Under the pieces are notes generated by a model. It did no database searches. It had not been told where the DNA came from and was given only the letters and a program-made list of their open reading frames with translations. Shown here one piece after another: positions 56,728 to 61,917 of a stretch of 64,000 nt of DNA. Source of the DNA: a virus; the IMG/VR virus record IMGVR_UViG_3300013132_000023, positions 64,001 to 128,000 of that record. One strand, written 5' to 3'. The position numbers and the translations under genes are program-made. How positions within the stretch are numbered: the stretch's first letter is position 1; each line of letters starts with the position of its first letter.

Positions 56728-56801
56728 GGATCTTCTAACAGGATAATGTTTCCGAGTCGCACGTCTCTGTGCTTCTGATGCTTTCGCCATGATTTTGTTT
56801 T

Positions 56802-56877
56802 TGGGGTGCCTAACGAGTATCGATCTCGTACCTGGAGATTCACATTCTCCCGTGCAGGCCACTACACTATAGACACC
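56802..56877 (-). tRNA. tRNA-His(GTG)
   Basis: G-1:C73, GGAGA-ATGTGAA-TCTCC, CCA. Confidence 0.88.
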
Positions 56878-56884
56878 GCTATGA

Positions 56885-56962
56885 TGGTAGCCACAGCGGG
56901 ATTCGAACCCAGCACTTTACAGATTTTAAGTCTGTTGACTCTGCCGATTGGTCTACGTGGCC
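56885..56962 (-). tRNA. tRNA-Leu(TAA), short variable loop
   Basis: GGCCACG/TGTGGCT, ACAGA-CTTAAAA-TCTGT, CCA. Confidence 0.85.
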
Positions 56963-56988
56963 ATAAGTTGTTTGTTTTCAAAGCTGTA

Positions 56989-57006
56989 CGCTATTCGCGA
57001 ATAGCG
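56989..57006. repeat. 18-bp perfect palindrome
   Basis: CGCTATTCGCGAATAGCG in tRNA spacer. Confidence 0.9.
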
Positions 57007-57013
57007 AATGTAT

Positions 57014-57105
57014 TGGTCCGCAGGGTGGGATTCGAACCCACGTATTTCGCATATCAGGCGATGACTGATCATAAATCAGGGGGCTTACCGCTAACCGACC
57101 TGCGG
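57014..57105 (-). tRNA. tRNA-Ile(TAT) with long variable arm
   Basis: CCGCAGG/CCTGCGG, loop TTTATGA, ~22-nt variable region with TCGC/GCGA stem, CCA. Confidence 0.8.
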
Positions 57106-57135
57106 AAAAAGTTTGCCCCCAGGACAAAGGAAGTC

Positions 57136-57270
57136 CTAATTGTACCTGATACGATCTTCACCTTCTTCTTCGAACCATTCTTCGGTCTCGAAGTCCTCGG
57201 CGACGACGCGGTAATCATACACTGCGTCCTCGTCCGTGTCAAGTGTTGTTTCGAAAGATTCTTCTTCCAT
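57136..57270 (-). CDS. 44-aa highly acidic protein
   Basis: MEEESFETTLDTDEDAVYDYRVVAEDFETEEWFEEEGEDRIRYN between two tRNAs. Confidence 0.55.
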   Translation of the reverse strand: MEEESFETTLDTDEDAVYDYRVVAEDFETEEWFEEEGEDRIRYN

Positions 57271-57275
57271 TGTAT

Positions 57276-57368
57276 TGGCTCCGAGAGTAGGACTCGAACC
57301 TACGGTGGGGGAATTTCTCCCCTTCGCATTAACAGTGCGATGCGTGCTACCAACTCCGCAACCTCGGA
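57276..57368 (-). tRNA. tRNA-Asn(GTT) with long variable arm
   Basis: TCCGAGG/TCTCGGA, TCGCA-CTGTTAA-TGCGA, GGGGA/TCCCC extra stem, G73, CCA. Confidence 0.85.
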
Positions 57369-57381
57369 ACGTTGTTGTTGC

Positions 57382-57454
57382 TTGCGAGACTAGGATTCGC
57401 ACCTAGGTTTCTCCGGTCAGAGCGGAGCGTACTAGGCTGCTGTACGATCCCGCA
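57382..57454 (-). tRNA. tRNA-Gln(CTG), CCA not encoded
   Basis: TGCGGGA/TCTCGCA, CTCCG-CTCTGAC-CGGAG, T loop TGCGAAT. Confidence 0.82.
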
Positions 57455-57461
57455 GTAAAGC

Positions 57462-57761
57462 TTATTCGTATACCGTGATAGTCTTTTGCCGAGCAATCAC
57501 TTCGCGGTAACCATTGAATTCGGCACCATGATACGACTGATACCAGCCGTCAACGCGAATCAGGACTTCTGTGTCGCCATTCTTGAAACGCCACACGGTC
57601 CAGTAATCAGACCCTTGGTCTTGGCCTCCGTAATGAGCAACACACTTTTCATCAAAACTCCATCCTTCCGGAATGGGCGAATCAAAATCATCGTCCAAAT
57701 AATTGGACAAAAGCTTCTCAGCATTTTTATCTAACCAATCACGTAGTTCTGCACTGATCAT
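57462..57761 (-). CDS. hypothetical protein
   Basis: YGG.DQG..YW.V..F......GWY.SY.G phage family pattern. Confidence 0.65.
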   Translation of the reverse strand: MISAELRDWLDKNAEKLLSNYLDDDFDSPIPEGWSFDEKCVAHYGGQDQGSDYWTVWRFKNGDTEVLIRVDGWYQSYHGAEFNGYREVIARQKTITVYE

Positions 57762-58609
57762 AGTTTTTTCCAGATATCGGATTCAAAAAACCGCTCGAAA
57801 ACCACATTGTCAAACTGCTTGACTATGTTCCAGTTGTCGATAGCGTACTCCCTAAGCGGACCATCGTCAAGAGTCGTACAGACTTTTTCGAGGGCACGCA
57901 TGTATGCAATACGATATGAGAATCGTGTTCCCTTAATGCGATTTGGAATGATAAATCTTTCCAACGCAATGACGTACGTTTCTTCACGAACGCATGCTTG
58001 TTTTAGTTCATCAGAAGCAGCGTACCATAGATCTATGTCGTACGCTGCCTTGGACATGTCTTTCTTTAGCTGAAAGTACGACGGCGTACCACCAACAATG
58101 ATCTTGTGAATGTCTTCGTGATTAAACACGCGGACAACTGCATCTTTGATAAATTCCTCATTTGTCATGTCTCCAAATGGATTTCTATGAGGAAAGTACT
58201 TTCTGGTTTCCGCCATGCGGCGACTAATGAATTCGCGATCTTCATCCGTGAAATCATGATCCAGAATTTGGTACTGAATCATGTGTTTCGTGAAATTAAA
58301 GTCACGATACATATGCGAACGTTTGATTGCAGCAAGGCCACGAGAACTACATACTTTGACTAAAAGTCTACCATCAGCTAGAGCAGTCTTGTCTGTTCCA
58401 TACTTCGATTCGATTTCATGATTAAGGAAGAAAGCATCGTTATGTAATTCGATGTTTCCAAACTTCCATGAAAAGACCTTGCGATCACATGTCTTTTGAA
58501 GCAAATTTTCAGCTTCAAAGTGAGACACGATCACATCCCAATCCTTAGGATTCTTGGGACGGTGTTCTGGATGCCAGATAGAAGTAGCTCGTGAACCAAT
58601 TAGCAGCAT
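57758..58609 (-). CDS. phage protein with nucleotidyltransferase-like N-terminus
   Basis: LIGSRA...DWD, IKRSH, HEDIH, EE.YV.ALER, KVCTT. Confidence 0.65.
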   Translation of the reverse strand: MLLIGSRATSIWHPEHRPKNPKDWDVIVSHFEAENLLQKTCDRKVFSWKFGNIELHNDAFFLNHEIESKYGTDKTALADGRLLVKVCSSRGLAAIKRSHMYRDFNFTKHMIQYQILDHDFTDEDREFISRRMAETRKYFPHRNPFGDMTNEEFIKDAVVRVFNHEDIHKIIVGGTPSYFQLKKDMSKAAYDIDLWYAASDELKQACVREETYVIALERFIIPNRIKGTRFSYRIAYMRALEKVCTTLDDGPLREYAIDNWNIVKQFDNVVFERFFESDIWKKL

Positions 58610-58617
58610 ATTGTTTG

Positions 58618-58688
58618 CAGGGGCATAAGGAATCGAACCCTAGTCTATCGCTTTGGAGGCGAGTATATTACCACTATACTATACCCCT
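58618..58688 (-). tRNA. tRNA-Trp(CCA), CCA tail not encoded
   Basis: AGGGGTA/TGCCCCT, loop CTCCAAA, G73. Confidence 0.85.
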
Positions 58689-58694
58689 ATGTTT

Positions 58695-58768
58695 TGGTAC
58701 CCATTGAGGGAATCGAACCCACGCAGCTACCTTGTAGGGATAGTGTTCTGCCATTAAACTAAACGGGT
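58695..58768 (-). tRNA. tRNA-Val(TAC), C at position 33
   Basis: ACCCGTT/AATGGGT, CTATC-CCTACAA-GGTAG, CCA. Confidence 0.8.
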
Positions 58769-58771
58769 ATA

Positions 58772-59011
58772 TTATTCGATTTCAAGAACTTCGCCACGCT
58801 TACCAGCTTCATGAGCTTCCTTCAAAAGCTCAACGATACCGTAACAATCGTTAAAATTCCTGCATAAATTATTGTCTTCTATTTCTCCGTTGTTTATGAT
58901 GGAGAAATACAAGACAATATCATAAACAACAAATACCCGTTTGTCGTTGATGTAGATTTCGATACAAGAAGTTCCATCTTCGCGATCTGTAATCTTTTCT
59001 TTGATTTTCAT
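58772..59011 (-). CDS. hypothetical protein
   Basis: 79-aa ORF in three-gene operon. Confidence 0.55.
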   Translation of the reverse strand: MKIKEKITDREDGTSCIEIYINDKRVFVVYDIVLYFSIINNGEIEDNNLCRNFNDCYGIVELLKEAHEAGKRGEVLEIE

Positions 59012-59274
59012 AGTTCAATTCCTGAGTTCTTGCAAAATTCCAGATACTCTTGACTTGGAGCACCAAGTTCATACACAGATCCAGAGTACGTTCGTGCCGT
59101 TCTGTTCTTCACGTCAATTTCCATCAAGGAAGATGATGTAATCCTATGACCCGCTGGGTAACGTGGGTGTCCGTAAACTTGACCAGTGAGCGACTTGAAT
59201 CGTCTTTCTGGAGCAGTGTATTCATTTACACCTGGAGAGTCTACGATACCCCAATCTTCAATTGCTATTTTCAT
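59008..59274 (-). CDS. hypothetical protein
   Basis: L.G.VYGHP....G..I.SS...T.SG..Y.LG.P pattern. Confidence 0.65.
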   Translation of the reverse strand: MKIAIEDWGIVDSPGVNEYTAPERRFKSLTGQVYGHPRYPAGHRITSSSLMEIDVKNRTARTYSGSVYELGAPSQEYLEFCKNSGIEL

Positions 59275-59465
59275 GATCTTTTCAAGATTTCATCTAGCTT
59301 GTCGAATGAAGGCACGCTTGAATTATGCCAACGATAACACAATGGACAGTAGTACGGATATCTATCGCAGTCCGCTTTTTGTGCGACTTGAAAAGAAGCG
59401 TATGCTCTTTTACTAAGACACATCCTGTGCTTCCTGAGTTTCTTGCGTTGACGATTCGAAAGCAT
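59271..59465 (-). CDS. small basic Zn-finger protein
   Basis: C..KR.Y...Y.CP.C..WH. Confidence 0.6.
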   Translation of the reverse strand: MLSNRQRKKLRKHRMCLSKRAYASFQVAQKADCDRYPYYCPLCYRWHNSSVPSFDKLDEILKRS

Positions 59466-59471
59466 GTTGTT

Positions 59472-59500
59472 AGTATATCCCTTGATGTCTAAGTTGTCAA
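59472..59500 (-). promoter_or_regulatory. sigma70-like promoter, leaderless
   Basis: TTGACA-N17-TATACT, 6 nt before ATG 59465. Confidence 0.75.
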
Positions 59501-59507
59501 GGAAAAA

Positions 59508-59583
59508 TGGAGCCGCCGATGGGACTCGAACCCATAACCCCCTGATTACAAATCAGGAGCACCACCAATTGTGCTACAGCGGC
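59508..59583 (-). tRNA. tRNA-Thr(TGT)
   Basis: GCCGCTG/CGGCGGC, CCTGA-TTTGTAA-TCAGG, CCA. Confidence 0.93.
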
Positions 59584-59586
59584 CTA

Positions 59587-59661
59587 TGGTCCTGGGTACG
59601 GGTATCGATCCCGTTTCTAGTCCTTGAAAGGGACTTATCCTAGCCACTAGACGAACCCAGG
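59587..59661 (-). tRNA. tRNA-Glu(TTC)
   Basis: CCTGGGT/ACCCAGG, AGTCC-CTTTCAA-GGACT, CCA. Confidence 0.88.
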
Positions 59662-59666
59662 TTGAA

Positions 59667-59987
59667 TGGTGGACACGGAGCGGTTTTTGTCATTGTGTTA
59701 AAATCCTAGATCGTCTGGACCTTCAAGCTTTGCCTTACCACAGCAAGATGCTTGAAGACTATGAGGGGAAACCCCGCAAAATCATTAATATTTTGCGAGC
59801 ACTCAAATTGTCCGTAATCACTTCCAGATACGTTCATCATCCCACTAGGTTACCCGGCTAATTACTTCCGAGTGTTTTGGTAGCTTAAAAGAGGGTGTAC
59901 TGTAGCCTATACATGCATGTTGTACACCATGGCGAGCAGTATCAAGCACGGAATTGTACTGCATAATCCGCTCTAAGCCTCTCCGTG
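59667..59987 (-). ncRNA. unassigned ~320-nt structured RNA ending in GUCC-ACCA
   Basis: terminal CACGGAG/CTCCGTG and GAGCGG/CCGCTC pairings plus at least five internal helices; no ORF of 60 aa or more. Confidence 0.65.
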
Positions 59988-60020
59988 AAGCGTTGTTCAT
60001 TCTTCTCTTTCAAGCTATTC

Positions 60021-60096
60021 TGGTGGAGAGCATGGGAATTGAACCCACCCCACGGACCTTGCAAAGGTCTGTCGCCACCTTGGTACATGGCCCCCC
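60021..60096 (-). tRNA. tRNA-Ala(TGC)
   Basis: GGGGGGC/GCTCTCC with G3:U70, loop TTTGCAA, CCA. Confidence 0.85.
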
Positions 60097-60098
60097 AT

Positions 60099-60177
60099 AA
60101 CAGCGATCACTTTAAGATTAACCCCTACAACTCACGCCCAGCATTACCTGATAGTAGGGATCTCAAAAATCGCTGTT
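60099..60177 (-). ncRNA. candidate ~80-nt rod-like RNA
   Basis: AACAGCGAT/ATCGCTGTT, TTTTGAGAT/ATCTTAAAG, CCCTAC/GTAGGG stacked stems. Confidence 0.45.
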
Positions 60178-60183
60178 GTTTTA

Positions 60184-60297
60184 TGGCCAGTCGTGTGGCA
60201 GACTGGTAAGCCTCGTTGTCTTTCTCTTTACAACGCAAGAGAGCCGAACTGCCCATGTGGCCAATCCCCTATCTCGTCGGCAGAAGCGTAGGGATAC
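60184..60297 (-). ncRNA. candidate 114-nt pseudoknotted RNA ending in GCCA
   Basis: begins right after the CCA of tRNA-Gly; ATCCCTA/TAGGGGAT, TCTCTT/AAGAGA with loop CGTTGT pairing to ACAACG, CCAGTC/GACTGG. Confidence 0.5.
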
Positions 60298-60375
60298 TGG
60301 AGTCTCTTGTGGGAGTTGCACCCACACCTTACGGCTTGGAAGGCCGATGTGCTATCTATTAAACACCAAAGAGAC
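60298..60375 (-). tRNA. tRNA-Gly(TCC)
   Basis: GTCTCTT/AAGAGAC, loop CTTCCAA, U73, CCA. Confidence 0.85.
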
Positions 60376-60380
60376 GTATA

Positions 60381-60466
60381 TGGTGCCAGCAGCAGGATTC
60401 GAACCTGCGACGCCTTTTGAGTCACGGTTTACAGCCGCGTGCCATCGACCACTCGACCATACTGGC
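60381..60466 (-). tRNA. tRNA-Tyr(GTA)
   Basis: GCCAGTA/TGCTGGC, loop CTGTAAA, long arm, CCA. Confidence 0.92.
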
Positions 60467-60477
60467 AATTGTACTGA

Positions 60478-60548
60478 CTCCCTTGGTGAGTGTTTCACTC
60501 ACGTCTCCATCTAACGCGGATGGTGTCTTACGCCTAAACGACAAGGAA
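60478..60548 (-). tRNA. tRNA-like gene with atypical anticodon loop CGCGTTA (nominal CGT)
   Basis: full cloverleaf: TTCCTTG/CAAGGGA, CCATC/GATGG, GTGAG/CTCAC; T loop TGAAACA; no CCA. Confidence 0.65.
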
Positions 60549-60551
60549 TTA

Positions 60552-60843
60552 AGTGTGCTGGGAATAGGTATATTCACCCAACTATGTCTTTTTCCAGACT
60601 GCTTACTTAAAAATAAGTAGCCCTATGACTTTCGATCTCCACTTGTGGTCTCGCTTTGATCGCTTTTCTTTAAAGTCAAGAAAACGTACGTCCACTGAAC
60701 GACACTTGACTTACATCTTAACCGATTTTTCAATTAGCCACTAATGTAGCTAGGTCGTTTTCATTTGTTAGGCTCACCGACTTACACGGCTATCCCTTTC
60801 GGGGTTTGGTTGCACCACCTACGCTTGCCGACCACAAGCTCGT
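60552..60843 (-). ncRNA. unassigned ~290-nt structured RNA at the head of the tRNA operon
   Basis: 10-bp long-range helix 60830-60839/60641-60650, CCC-GAAA-GGG, TAGCTAC/GTGGCTA, TTTTCTT/AAGAAAA and other stems; follows a promoter. Confidence 0.55.
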
Positions 60844-60849
60844 ACCACT

Positions 60850-60877
60850 ATTATACACCACTTTCGGTGTTCTGCAA
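60850..60877 (-). promoter_or_regulatory. sigma70-like promoter of the ncRNA/tRNA operon
   Basis: TTGCAG-N16-TATAAT with TG upstream of the -10. Confidence 0.65.
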
Positions 60878-60894
60878 CCAAAAATCTGGAAAAA

Positions 60895-61917
60895 CTACGA
60901 TTTCTTCGGTCGCTTGCAGTTTTTAGCGTGCTTCTTGCCACCCTTAGCCCCGCAGTACGTGCAGGCCGCACGCTTCGGAGTCTTAACAGCAACCTTCGGA
61001 GCATCAGCCACGTCGTCGTATTCATCCAGGGGACAGTCGCCGAAATCCAGGCCCATGTCTTCATCCAACTCAGGCACGTCGTCCTGGTACTCTTCGGGCT
61101 GGACGTTCACGGCAACGTACAGAGGTTCCTCCATGATTCGTTCGCAAATATCCACGACCTCGTAACGACACACGCGAAGCTTCTCGCAAGAATGGTCGCG
61201 AGGAACCGATACCGCATCACGAGGATTAACCTTAACAAGAACAAGCTTGCCATCGGAGCTAGCAAAGTCACTGGCGTACTTGTGCGTGCCAACGTGGAAA
61301 CCAGTTGAACAAGCTGCGTTCGTGTCGGGATCGACTTGTTCACGCGGCATTTCGTTCACAGAACCAATGCTGTTATCGAACGTTTGAGTATGACGATCCT
61401 TGAAGTCGCTCGTCAAGCCCTTGTACGCCATAAAACACCCATCGTGCGTGATAGGGAAGTTGCCGTGCTTGAGGAAGTCGTACAATTCGTTTCGCGAACG
61501 CTCATTCGGGTTCTCCATCAAGTTAGCAAGGAAACGAGCCAGCGGCTTATAAGGAAGCTGTTGTCGCACGAAACTGCTAATCGTGTCAGCAATCACGCTA
61601 TGCACTTGTTCGCCATTGTAGAACACTTCGCCATATTGGTTAACCGTCACGCCCTCAATTCGCTTTTCAAGCGAAGCCGGAATGTCGAGCAATGGATCAA
61701 GACGATCAGATTCATTATTAGTGAGACACGCTACAATTGCATTGTAGTTAGGATGCGTCTTGCCAATAGAATGCGTTCTGCCATTCCAGGCGATTGTGAT
61801 GTTTCCATCGTTCGTCATGATGAACTTAGGAGTCGGCTTTTCAGGCAGACCTACATCAATAAGAACTTCTTCTTGATTGATGCCAGTCAGTCGTTTGATA
61901 ATGTCGAAGATACTCAT
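60895..61917 (-). CDS. rIIB: rIIB-like protein
   Basis: HPNY, F..NL..NP, ELY.FL, IT.DG.F.AYK, V..D....CS.G.HV, VKVNP.D.VSVP.D, K.RVCRY. Confidence 0.9.
   Translation of the reverse strand: MSIFDIIKRLTGINQEEVLIDVGLPEKPTPKFIMTNDGNITIAWNGRTHSIGKTHPNYNAIVACLTNNESDRLDPLLDIPASLEKRIEGVTVNQYGEVFYNGEQVHSVIADTISSFVRQQLPYKPLARFLANLMENPNERSRNELYDFLKHGNFPITHDGCFMAYKGLTSDFKDRHTQTFDNSIGSVNEMPREQVDPDTNAACSTGFHVGTHKYASDFASSDGKLVLVKVNPRDAVSVPRDHSCEKLRVCRYEVVDICERIMEEPLYVAVNVQPEEYQDDVPELDEDMGLDFGDCPLDEYDDVADAPKVAVKTPKRAACTYCGAKGGKKHAKNCKRPKKS

Noticed and set aside
56806-57393. ORFs spanning tRNA genes (also 53238..53606, 59985..60620, 56604..56843)
   Set aside because: Translations of tRNA sequence (GFEP/GSNP-type peptides), not proteins
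59667-59987. Direct call as canonical tmRNA, RNase P RNA or group I intron
   Set aside because: Missing the GGGG 5' acceptor strand and T loop, missing GAGGAAAGUCC, and only a weak P7-like match; left unassigned
60552-60843. Direct call as SRP RNA, c-di-GMP-I riboswitch or group II intron domain V
   Set aside because: Only fragmentary resemblance (CAAAC-CCC-GAAA-GGG, AGCCGTG); the required partner motifs do not pair or are absent
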